Below are positions 11,421 to 21,588 of a stretch of 64,000 nucleotides of DNA, one piece after another. The stretch is from Podarcis muralis (taxonomy: Eukaryota). Both the position numbers and the translations under genes were made by a program. The first letter of the stretch is position 1; each line of letters begins with the position of its first letter. The notes under the pieces were generated by a model. The model did no database searches. It was given only the letters and a program-made list of their open reading frames with translations, and was not told where the DNA came from. The stretch is taken from contig NC_135658.1 in NCBI RefSeq assembly GCF_964188315.1, positions 3,658,001-3,722,000 of the forward strand. The letters run 5' to 3'.

Positions 11421-11520
11421 TACAAATGGTCCATTATGCCAGATCTATGACCTGACCATCATCTCCTACCCAAGAGTGATAGAGCTGTGCCAATTCCCAA
11501 CTGGAGGCCAAAAGCAGACT

Positions 11521-11723
11521 CCATCAATTACGGCTCCCAAGAGGGGACCATCTTTGGCTGTGACTCCTCTGAGAACAGAGCTGAGCTTACTTAATCCTGT
11601 TGGGCTCAACAGCATCCTTCAGACCCTGCTGGGCCCTTGGATGCTTCTCAGCGCATCAAGGTAGGCAAAACTGCAGCATCTATCCCTAAAGATGATGCTG
11701 AAATGAAAGAGGACAAGGTAAGG
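11521..11723 (+). promoter_or_regulatory. Candidate OR1 promoter and non-coding exon 1
   Basis: Homeodomain caatta 11525, O/E-like tcccaagaggg 11535, donor CAAG|GTAAGG 11718. Confidence 0.35.
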
Positions 11724-12879
11724 AATGTGGCTGAGTCAAACTAGGATGCTGTGCTGCTGTTTTAGGTGCAACATTATCCAGGTTGCCTTATGCAAGACTT
11801 ACGAGGCTCAAAGCTGGACAGAGTCTGGAAAGCCCACATTCTATTCTGGGCACCCTCTTTCAAGAAGAGCTGATATGATGTGGATTTAGGGGAGAATCTG
11901 GAGGAAGATGTAAGGAGGAAATTTGTGGAGAAAAAGAGGGGAGGGAAGTGAGCTTGCCTAGGGATGTTGCACCACTTCCTTCCTGTCAATGGCTATTAGC
12001 CAGGATGGCTCTGCTCTTCACAGTTGTGGGGAGAAAGTCCTGCTTGGGGCATCTGGTCGGCCTCTAGGAGAACCATTGGCCGGATCCAGTAGGCTCTCCT
12101 TTAGTCCCTGGATGTACCGGTATATTCCAGGAAAAGTTGGAGGTCCCTTCCAGGAATGCTTTGGAGATCCTTTCCACACATTCTGTGTTCTGCCTACAGA
12201 ACTGGGAGCAGAATCCTGCTCCCTGGGTCGGTGTGTCTTCAGGCAAACCTTGGGACAGATCCAGCCTGGTTGCAAGTCCAAAGTTTTGTGCAGAAGCTCC
12301 TGGTCTGAATAAAGGACTGTCAGCAGGAAGACTTGGCTTCTTGCAAGATGTGAAGGTCTGTTGACATTTGCCTTGGAAGTGACTCAGGAAGTTCTTGGAG
12401 GATAAGGGCCTCAGTCATAATGGCTGTGTCCTCCTTTCAGGATAAGGGGCAAGATGCTGGGGAGCACAAGTGGGGAGTGCGCAGATCCTGCTTGTGGGCT
12501 GTCTTTTCGGCAGGGTTTCCCAAACTTGGGTCTGCAGCTGGTTTAGACTACCACTCCCATCATCCCTGGCTAGCAGGACCAGTGGTCAGGGGTGATGGGG
12601 AGTCCAAAAACAGAAGGAGCCACTGTGAGCACAGGATCTGATTCAGCTGCTGGGATCTTACGCTCTTGAGTCTGTCTTGTCCACACTTCAAAGGGAGAGA
12701 TGAAAGAACTGCTGTTTTGTTTTGTTTTGTTTTGTTTTTTGTTTTGTTTTGTTTTGTTTCTCTTGAAGATTTTCTTGTTTTACAAAATAAACGAATAGAC
12801 AAGGGAAAGCCTGTATAGCGTCTCCACTTTGAATTCCTGGAGTCTGTTTCACAGTTTGTTAATGTTCAGTATGAGACAC

Positions 12880-13425
12880 TAATTGAATTGAATTGAATTT
12901 TATTATTACGGTCACAGACCAGTTCCGGCTCACTTACAATATCAGGAAAATCATAAAACACAACAGGAATACATTAAATTGCAATTGGGTATAACAGAGA
13001 CAATGCAGATATAGCGGCAGTTAAAAATATATATTAAATCTTGATCACTAAAATATAACCTAAAATTGTCATTTAAAACCTTAATCATTTCGGTAGTACA
13101 GCTTGTTCCCTGAGTTTTATGGCAGTCGCACAGAATTTTGCCACCCTTAGCGTGATCTCTAGATCCTTGTCCTCTACCAGGAATTTTAGACATTGAAGTT
13201 CGGACTCATTTGGAGATTTTTGTATAACAGGAGTAATAAATACCAAGTGTATATTCCCCTAAGAAATGGCAGCGTAGCAAGACATGAGAGACAGTTTCTA
13301 CCTCCATCAAGCCGCAGGGGCAGACTCGTTCCACGTATGGTTTACCCTCAAATCTGCCCTGCAATAAGGCAGGTGGGAGCACGTGAGACACTAATGTCAT
13401 AGACATCGTACAGTTGGGGGGAAAG
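12880..13425 (-). mobile_element. Non-LTR retrotransposon 3' fragment (RTE-X/Vingi-like)
   Basis: C-terminal CCHC finger ERVCPCG..EVETVSHVLLRC on -, (TTCAA)n tail. Confidence 0.55.
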
Positions 13426-13546
13426 AAGGGGGAAAGAAAAGGGGGGGAGAGATGGGGGTATTGTTCTATCGTTCAATTGATTAGTGCTAGTGTGGGGATT
13501 CGTGTCAGCATCACATGGGTAGGTCCTTTACTTATTTACCTTATTA

Positions 13547-13900
13547 AGGTAAGGTAAAGGGACCCCTGACCATTAGGTCCAGTCGTGGCCAACTCTGGGG
13601 TAGCGGCGCTCATCTCGCTTTATTGGCCAAGGGAGCCGGCATACAGCTTCCGGGTCATGTGGCCAGCATGACTAAGCCGCTTCTGGTGAACCAGAGCAGC
13701 ACACAGAAACACCGTTTACCTTCCCGCCGGAGTGGTACCTATTTATCTACTTGCACTTTGATGTGCTTTCAAACTGCTAAGTGGGCAGGAGCAGGGACCG
13801 AGCAACGGGAGCTCACCCTGTCACAGGGATTCGAACCACCGACCTTCTGATAGGCAAGTCCTAGGCTCTGTGGTTTAACCCACAGCGCCACCCGCGTCCC
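13547..13900 (-). mobile_element. Full-length Sauria SINE
   Basis: 14-bp TSD tattt(a/g)ccttatta. Confidence 0.9.
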
Positions 13901-13909
13901 TAGTATTTG

Positions 13910-14305
13910 CCTTATTACCTATTTATTTATTTATTTATTTATTTAATTACTTACTTACTTACTTACTTATTTACTTCCTTACTTATTTTTATTGGCATTG
14001 TTGGGGGAGGTGCTGAAGGGTCCAGAGGGTCCCGTTCAATTGGTTGTCGTGTGGCTTGTCTGTATGGAGGGTGGGGTGGGTTCTTGGGTCAGGTTACTCA
14101 TTGATTCGTATGCCGTAGTGGGGAACAGGTCATTGTCTCGTTGTGCTGTGTATGTGATGAAGGGGAACAACACTGGGATGAAGGCATCTTCCTTTGCTTG
14201 TCCCCGTGCTAATTTACGTTTCTTGGTTAACTTCTCTAATAGGGCAGTTTCCCATACGTTTTGGTACTACAGGTCTATGTTCACTCCTGATAGGTCCTTC
14301 CAGTG
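13910..14305 (-). mobile_element. Diverged L1-clade 3' fragment with (TAAA/TAAG)n tail
   Basis: Minus translation HWKDL...VWETALLEKLT...FPFITY resembles the L1 ORF2 C-terminus. Confidence 0.5.
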
Positions 14306-14306
14306 T

Positions 14307-14545
14307 CATAGAATCATAAAGTTGGAAGGGACCCCAAGTGCAATCTAGTCCAACCCCCAGCAATGCAGGAATCTCAGCTAAAGCATCCATGACAGGTGGC
14401 CATCCAACGTCTGTTTAAAATCCTCCAAGGAAGGAGAGTCCACCGAAACTCGTGGGAGTCTGTTCCGCTGCCGAACAGCTCTTACCGTAAGAAAGTTCTT
14501 CCTGATGATTCGTTGGAATCTCCAGTCTTGTAACTTGAAGCCATT
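14307..14545 (-). mobile_element. CR1 3' fragment
   Basis: catagaatcat...ggaagggacc...tctagtccaacccc CR1 terminus. Confidence 0.7.
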
Positions 14546-15040
14546 GCTCCCTTAGACGGACCCTAGAGGTCCCAGGCCCTAAGGAAGTCAGATTAGCCTC
14601 CACCAGAGCCAGGGCCTTTTCAGTGATGGCTCCAGCCTGGTGGAACGCTCTGTCTCATGAGACCAGGGCCCTGTGGGATCTGATTTCTTTCCGCAGGGCC
14701 TGTAAGACAGAGTTGTTCCGCCTGGCCTTTGGCTTGGAATCAACTTGATCCCCTCCCTCTCTTTCTTTTTTCCTTTCTCCTTCTGTGACGGAACTCCTAC
14801 TTGGGGACTTCCCTGGCTTTTTCTGGCCCACGTAGGACCAGTCTGGATAGTTGGCCTTGGTGAAGACTCAACGTTTTCATCCCCAAAAAGTTTTTGATTT
14901 GAATTTCTACTGAAATGAGGCTGCATTTTAATGTTGTATTTTAATCTTGTTTTTAAGTTGTATTTTAATCAATTGTTTTTATACCTGGTGTTAGCCGCCC
15001 TGAGTCTGGTCTTGGCTGGGGAGGGTGGGGTATAAATAAA

Positions 15041-15086
<46 letters not shown>
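14546..15086 (+). mobile_element. L2 3' fragment with (ATT)n tail
   Basis: RARAFSVMAPAWWNAL coding remnant; same family as 23167-23721. Confidence 0.7.
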
Positions 15087-15330
15087 GAGCAGGAGAAAGT
15101 AAGCATCAAATTGTGATGTTTCTAGCTGCTGAAAGTAAGTGTCTTATGAGTTCTTTGACATGTATGAGTGCATTGTTGTCCTGGAAGATATTTAATAGGG
15201 CTAGTTCTGGAGTTACTTTTATTATCTCTTTCGCTATTTTGGAGATTTCCTGCAGGAATGAACTTTGGGGCATTTCCACCTCATGTGGAGATATGTGCCT
15301 ATGGACGTGCAGGCTCTCCAGCATTTAGAT
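15087..15330 (-). mobile_element. L1-clade ORF2 fragment
   Basis: Minus translation ending LIRHLLSAARNITI resembles the L1 ORF2 C-terminal region. Confidence 0.45.
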
Positions 15331-15455
15331 GCTCCTATTTTACAGATGGGAATAGATTTGGAGGCTACCTAACAACAACAAAAATAGGATGGTGGAACTG
15401 TTCCTCTCTTTCTTCTTTTCAGATCTAAGGATTGTTATCTCCAATCATTGCGAAG

Positions 15456-16451
15456 ATGGCTGGAGGGGATCAGAATGGAACAGCCAACGTCTCCTACACA
15501 GACTTCCTTCTGCTCGCCTTCCCAGGCCTCCAAGAGTCCAGATATCTCCTCGCCATCCCTTTCTTCTGCCTTTACCTCATGATTGTTGCAGGGAACTCCA
15601 TCCTGATCTACACCGTGAGGACAGATCACAGTCTCCATTCGCCCATGTACGTCCTGGTTGCTTTGCTCTTCGCAGTCAACCTCTGTGGCTCCACCGTCAT
15701 CCTTCCCAAGATGCTCCTCAGCTTCCTTCTCGGAGTCAGCCACATCTCCCTGACGGAGTGCCTGGTCCAGATGTTCTTCCTCTACTTTGCCACCATGCAG
15801 GACTGCAATCTTCTTCTCCTGATGGCTCTGGACAGATATGTGGCCATTTGTCACCCTCTGCACTACACAGACATCATGACGAAGAAGCTCCTGGTGATAT
15901 TGACACTGGTCGCTCTTGCCCGGGGCGTGGCTTTCGTCAGCCCAGTAGTGATCCTGGCTTCCCAGGTGAGGTTCTGCCGGTCCAACATCATTGGGCATTT
16001 TGCCTGTGAGCACATGGCCCTCATGAGGTTGTCCTGTGGTGACATCTCCAGGAATAAGGTTCTAGGCTTGGCAGCAAGAACCATCACCGCCATCTTTGAC
16101 TTTGGCTTTCTCCTGGGTTCTTACGGCTGCATCCTCCAAGTGTCCATGCAGATGAGCTCTGGCCACGCCCGACACAAGGCCTTCCACACCTGTGGCACCC
16201 ACCTCATGGTCATCCTTACAACCTACTCTTCCAGAATCATCTCCTCCATTGTCTACCGCTTAGCCAAGTCAGCCAGCCAGGATGTCCACAATCTCATCAG
16301 CACAATATACCTGTTTCTTCCATGGATCCTGCACCCCATCATTTATGGCATGAGGACTAAGGAGATCCAGGACAGTCTTTGGAAGCTGCTCAGGAGGAAA
16401 TGGGCTCATTTGGTCCCTGGGAAAGCTGTGGCTGTGAGCAGAATCAAGTGA
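15456..16451 (+). CDS. Class I olfactory receptor OR1 (Olfr544/545, OR55-like), 331 aa, intact
   Basis: SPMY, MALDRYVAICHPLHY, HFACEHMAL, KAFHTCGTHL, PIIY motifs; N-terminal sequons NGT/NVS; pyrimidine-rich acceptor AG at 15421-15422; first ATG after the acceptor at 15456. Confidence 0.95.
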   Translation: MAGGDQNGTANVSYTDFLLLAFPGLQESRYLLAIPFFCLYLMIVAGNSILIYTVRTDHSLHSPMYVLVALLFAVNLCGSTVILPKMLLSFLLGVSHISLTECLVQMFFLYFATMQDCNLLLLMALDRYVAICHPLHYTDIMTKKLLVILTLVALARGVAFVSPVVILASQVRFCRSNIIGHFACEHMALMRLSCGDISRNKVLGLAARTITAIFDFGFLLGSYGCILQVSMQMSSGHARHKAFHTCGTHLMVILTTYSSRIISSIVYRLAKSASQDVHNLISTIYLFLPWILHPIIYGMRTKEIQDSLWKLLRRKWAHLVPGKAVAVSRIK

Positions 16452-17592
16452 CTGATCTGTCTGTGTGGATACGAGGCGGGTTTAGCAGAACTGTCTAGAG
16501 CAGACATTGCACACTTGGTGTCCAGGTTGTCCAAGTCTGGTCTAGATTCATGTAAAGGGGTTTTCAAGGGTTTTCATAAGACACAGGGAACAAATGACAA
16601 AAGTCTGCTGGTTGGGTCTCTTTTAACGGCCATGGAAGGATTCTGCAACACATTCCTTTGAAGGTCCTGCCCTGGCCACCATTAGAGTTAGAGAACTTCT
16701 GGCTTTTTGCTCCAGGTTTGTGTCTGGGCAAGAAGTTTCACCTGCCTTAGCAGAGGAATAATAGGACACCTGACAGTATCCTTGTCACCTGAATTGCACT
16801 CCACCTCTTGACTTTGTTGTCCCACAGAGTGGCTGGGCCAAATGAACTAGGCAAGAGGGGGTTAATATTTTGGGCTCAACCTTCCTGAAAAGTTATGCCT
16901 TTGGGTTCCTAATCCTGGGCTGCTGCCAGTCTGCAGCTAGGGAAAGTCAGTCTGTGCATGCTCAGAACCACTCACTTCATTACAATATTTAGCATATATA
17001 TGGGGTCTGGGAATGTACAAAGTTATTTTATTATTTATAATATTATATATTGTTATATTAGAGTATTTGAACACCACCCTCCTGCAAAATGTCAGCAACA
17101 TTAAAAACTTTAGAAGCAATCGTTCCTCAATGTATCAGTGTGCTATAAATTTTTTTAAATAAAAAAACTGAACATGAAGGAATGGGATTTCCAGATATAT
17201 AAAACTATTACTTTGCTGCAAGGTTAGCAGCTACTAGAGACGGGTACGAACTAGAAAAGTAAGTCACACACTTAGAAAATTTTGTTCTAAAGAGACAAAA
17301 AGAAGCAGTGTTATGGCACCAACAGTTAGCGACATATTCTAGGTCCATTTTGGTTTAACAATCTGTGGTAAATTAAGAAATAAAATCTGTCCAGAGTTCT
17401 CATCTCCCACATCATGGCTTTGCAATGAATTTGCAACATGTGTTTATTACTTATTCTTATTATTCTTATTTATTAAATTTCTATACCGCCCTTTCTCCAA
17501 AGATTACAGGGCAGTTTACGATATAAAAACACAAAAATACATACCATAATAACCAACAAAAAAAATAACAACCACCCCAACACATATACATG

Positions 17593-18145
17593 TGTGGCAT
17601 GCAGAAGCCCGTACAGAGTCCTTAAGTAGGTTCCCTATCGATAGGAGAAAATAACAGAGGCCAACCAGAGAATATTGAGAAGCAAAGCAGCTCGTAAGCC
17701 TGATCTTTATAGATCTGTTGCAACAGGGTGCTCCCCTCACACGCAGGAAAGGAGGAGGAACCCCGAACAAAAGTGTGCCTGCCCTTATACAGTATAGACA
17801 TTTTAAATTCCCTGCCCTGTAGCCCAAGACCACCCCCCAAAACATCATACATACATCACAGAGGGAGGCGGTCTACAGCAGAAATCCTTTCTGCCAGGAT
17901 ACCTAATAATGGTCACTGGTTGGTTTACCTGGGCAGCCTGGCCATTCTTTTGTGATGGTTAATACTTTAGTTCCTGACTCCAGGTCACAGGCTCACCCTA
18001 TTCATACACACATACGCCCTTAAAATAGGTAATCAAAAGACAATGGGGAGGCTTTCCCATTTCCTCCCCCTTTGCAGAGAAATATTTGATGTCATTGGGA
18101 GAGTCAAAATGGCTTCAGGATTGTTCTGCTGTACTATTTCAGACA
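17593..18145 (-). mobile_element. Solo LTR (ERV or Gypsy type)
   Basis: On -: TGT...ACA ends, TATAAGGG, then TATAAAGATC polyA-like; 4-bp TSD catg/cgtg. Confidence 0.55.
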
Positions 18146-18215
18146 CGTGGTTTATATACTTATGCATGTGTTCGCCTTGTACATTTATGAACATTTAATT
18201 TATATTTGAGACTTT

Positions 18216-18740
18216 GTTGTTATTGCTTAGTCGTTTAGTCGTGTCCGACTCTTCATGACCCCATGGACTAGAGCACGCCAGGCACTCCTCTCTTCCACTG
18301 CCTCCAGCAGTTTGGTGAGACTCATGTTTGTGGCTTCGAGAACACTGTCCAACTATCTCGTCCTCTGTCGTCCCCTTCTCCTTGTGCCCTCCATCTTTCC
18401 CAACATCAGGGTCTTTTCCAGGGAGTCTTCTCTTCTCATGAGGTGGCCAAAGGATTGGAGCCTCAGCTTCAGGATCTGTCCTTCCAGTGAGCACTCAGGG
18501 CTGATTTCCTTCAGAATGGAGAGGTTTGATCTTCTTGCAGTCCATGGGACTCTCAAGAGTCTCCTCCAGCACCAGAATTCAAAAGCATCCATTCTTTGGC
18601 GATCAGCCTTCTTTATGGTCCAGCTCTCACTTCCATACATCACTACTGGGAAAAGCAGAGCTTGAACTATACGGACCTTTGTTGGCAAGGTGATGTCTCT
18701 GCTTTTTAGGATGCTGTCTAGGTTTGTCATTGCTTTTCTT
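18216..18740 (-). mobile_element. 5'-truncated BovB/RTE LINE
   Basis: SRDITLPTKVRIV...WCWRRLLRVPWTARRSN is the BovB ORF C-terminus; 11-bp TSD tttgagacttt. Confidence 0.92.
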
Positions 18741-18789
18741 TTTGAGACTTTAGAATTCTTATAACACTAAGAAGTGGATCAAAGACTGG

Positions 18790-18954
18790 GCCCCTTTGGG
18801 ACCATTAGGAGCTAGACCTGAGGCAACGCCATCTCGGCTGCTGTTGCTCCAGGAGGAATTCGCTCTCGTGGTTATTTAAGCACCTGGTTTGCAGCCAGAC
18901 AGGCCTTGGACTCCATCACCTGGCTGCCACAACCTCTTTTGGGTAACAGTGAGT
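18790..18954 (+). promoter_or_regulatory. Candidate OR2 promoter and non-coding exon 1
   Basis: O/E-like gcccctttggga 18790, homeodomain ccattag 18802, TATA-like tatttaag 18873, donor CA|GTGAGT 18949. Confidence 0.4.
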
Positions 18955-19189
18955 AATACCATGCTGCATATTCACAGCTTATGTGAATTGCGGGGGGTGG
19001 GGGAGAGAAGGATGCTGTCAGAGGTAGCCGTGCCGTGGGTCCCCGACCCGTGTGACCCACTGTGCTCTGGGAGAACTGGGGGCAAGGAGGCCTTCCATTC
19101 ACATTTCTTTTGTGCAGGGGCCTCCAGATGTTCTGCTTCGGGGGCTAATGGGGCTGCAGTCCAAAACATCTGCATCAAGTACTGTTTGG

Positions 19190-19542
19190 ATGTGGGTGGC
19201 ACTGTGGGTTAAACCACAGAGCCCAGGGCTTGCCTATCAGAAGGTCAGCAGTTCGAATCCCCGCAACGGGGTGAGCTCCTGTTGCTCTGTCCCTGCTCCT
19301 GCCAACCAAGCAGTTCGAAAGCACGTCAAAGTGCAAGTAGATAAATAGGTACCGCTCTGGCGGGAAGGTAAACGGCGTTTCTGTGCGCTGCTCTGGTTCG
19401 CCAGAAGCAGCTTAGTCATGCTGGCCACATGACCCAGAAGCTGTACACCGGCTCCCTCGGCCAATAAAGCGAGATGAGCGCCGCAACCCCAGAGTCAGCC
19501 ACGTCTGGACCTAATGGTCAGAGGTCCCTTTACCTTTACCTT
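19190..19542 (+). mobile_element. Sauria SINE
   Basis: 10-bp TSD tactgtttgg. Confidence 0.9.
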
Positions 19543-19659
19543 TACTGTTTGGGCATCAGTACAAAAAACCAAGCAAGGGGCATCCACTTCTGATCAGAGC
19601 TGTGTGAGGAACATAGATTTAAAGCCCCCCTCTTCCATGCCACAATCCCAGTCTTCCTG

Positions 19660-20305
19660 GTACGTTTCCGAGCACAATTCAAAATTTTGGTGCTGACCTT
19701 GATAGCCCTAAACGGCCTCGGTCCAGTATACCTGTAGGAGCGTCTCCACCCCCATCATTCTGCCCGGACACTGAGGTCCAACGCCAAGGGCCTTCTGGCA
19801 GTTCCCTCCCTGTGAGAAGTGAGGTTACAGGGAACCAGGCAGAGGGCCTTCTCAGTGGTGGCTCCCGCCCTGTGGAACACGCTCCTGTCAGATGTCAAGG
19901 AAATAAACAACTATCTGACTTTTAGAAGACATCTGAAGGCAGCCCTGTATCGGGAGGTTTTTAAATGTTTGATGTTTTGTATGTGTTGGATAGGGTTACC
20001 ATATAGGCAGGAAAACCTGGACAAATTCAGGATTTGGGGCCAATTTGTTGCATCCAGGGGGATTTTACACAATCTTGGGACAAGTCATTTTTTTTTTAAA
20101 AAAAATGCCACTGGAGATGGCTGCAGTTTTGGCGGCGCACGTAGCATCAGTGGCTGATTTCTCTCCCAAACTTTGGGGGGGAAATCTCATTTAAAAAGGT
20201 CTGGATTTTTACTTTTTGAATCATGGCAGCCCTAGTGCTGGAAGCTGCCCAGAGTGACTGGGGCAGCGCAGCCTGATGGGTGGGGGATAAATAATAAAAT
20301 TACTA
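19660..20305 (+). mobile_element. L2 3' fragment
   Basis: Colinear with the 3' end of 37781-38996; interrupted by a MITE at 19991. Confidence 0.8.
19991..20234. mobile_element. hAT MITE nested in L2
   Basis: TIR tagggttaccat / atggcagcccta; 8-bp TSD gtg(t/c)tgga. Confidence 0.8.
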
Positions 20306-20825
20306 CTAGTAATTTTAGCCAGGATGGCTATACTCTGCCCTCCATAGTTTGAGGCAGCAGTGGTTCTGAATCCCAGTTGCTGGACCCACAGGAAATGGGA
20401 GACTTGCTCTGGCGCTCAAACCCTTCTTGAGGGTTTGCCTGTGAGAACAGGAAGCTGGACTAGATGGGACACTGGCCTGGTTCATTTCATTTATTAGACT
20501 TGAAGTGATTCTATTAAAGATATAGAATGCATATTACAATAAGGGGGGAGAATCATATGACACATTAATATTTCATTTAGCAATCATTACAAAAACATAA
20601 TGGGACGCGGGTGACACTGTGGACTCATGTTCAGCTTGTGGTCCACCAAGACCCCTGGCTCCTTCTCACATGTACTGCTAATATGCCAACGTCATTCCTT
20701 GCCACCACTGATGGGCTGATGGGAGTTGTATTCCAATGCATGTGATGTCGACCAGGTGGGCAAATGCTGCTGTAAACTGTGTCTTTAGCTAAGCACCACC
20801 AGCCCCTGCAAATAAGAAATCCCTC

Positions 20826-21085
20826 AGGACTCGATTAGTCAGGCCTCGTGGCAAAATGACAGCCAATGCGACTACCAGCCCATCTCAGCTTCTGCCTCTT
20901 GAGCTGGTGGACAAGTGCATAGGCTCACAAATTCACATGGTGATAAAAAGTGATGAAGAAATTCTTGGCACACAATAGTAGGATTTGATGACTTTGTCAA
21001 AATGGTATTGGAATATGTTACAGAGTTTTAGATCACACCTGAAGGACGAAGAATTACAAAGCTAGACCAGATTTTGCTGAATGGA

Positions 21086-21145
<60 letters not shown>

Positions 21146-21510
21146 TTATTTATACCCCGCCCATCTGGCTGGGCTTCCCCAGCCACTCTGGGCAGCTTCC
21201 AACAAAATATTAAAATACTGTAATGCATCAATCATTAAAAGCTTCCCTAAACATAACAATGCTGGTTCCTGGAGGAGAAGGACCAGAAGTGTAAATAAAG
21301 TCATTTGCCATCATTGAAGACTTCCTGTGAAATATTCTGCAGGAATATATTACTGAAACTTGATGCGTTTTTTATTTTTTAAATTTATACAAAGGCAAAT
21401 TTCCATTTCAGGAAAATGCATCATTAACAATGACTTTGTAAGTTAAAACCATGACTTCGTTGTACAGGCAATAAAGAGGTTGTTTTTAATAATAATAATA
21501 ATAATAATAA
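20826..21510 (+). pseudogene. LSM5: Processed (retro) pseudogene of U6 snRNA-associated Sm-like protein LSm5
   Basis: ATG 20856 MTANATTSPSQLLPLELVDKCIGSQIH...EITPEGRRITKLDQILLNGNN / ITMLVPGGEGPEV* (TAA 21292-21294); no introns; frameshift and premature TAG; AATAAA near 21469, (AAT)n tail, 12-bp TSD aagaaatccctc. Confidence 0.92.
21093..21252 (-). mobile_element. L2 3' tail inserted in the LSM5 retrocopy
   Basis: (AAT)n followed by tttatttataccccgcccatctggctggg..., same tail as 38900-38996. Confidence 0.85.
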
Positions 21511-21588
21511 AAGAAATCCCTCTTCTTCCACCTTCCCAGGCCCTAGTTGCGTAAGTATTGGGCAAGAACTGCACCCACCCACCCGAAA

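Noticed and set aside
15432-15455. ORF-track N-terminal extensions of OR1 (and 21547-21588 for OR2)
   Set aside because: They start at non-ATG codons; the first ATG after each acceptor gives a normal OR N-terminus.
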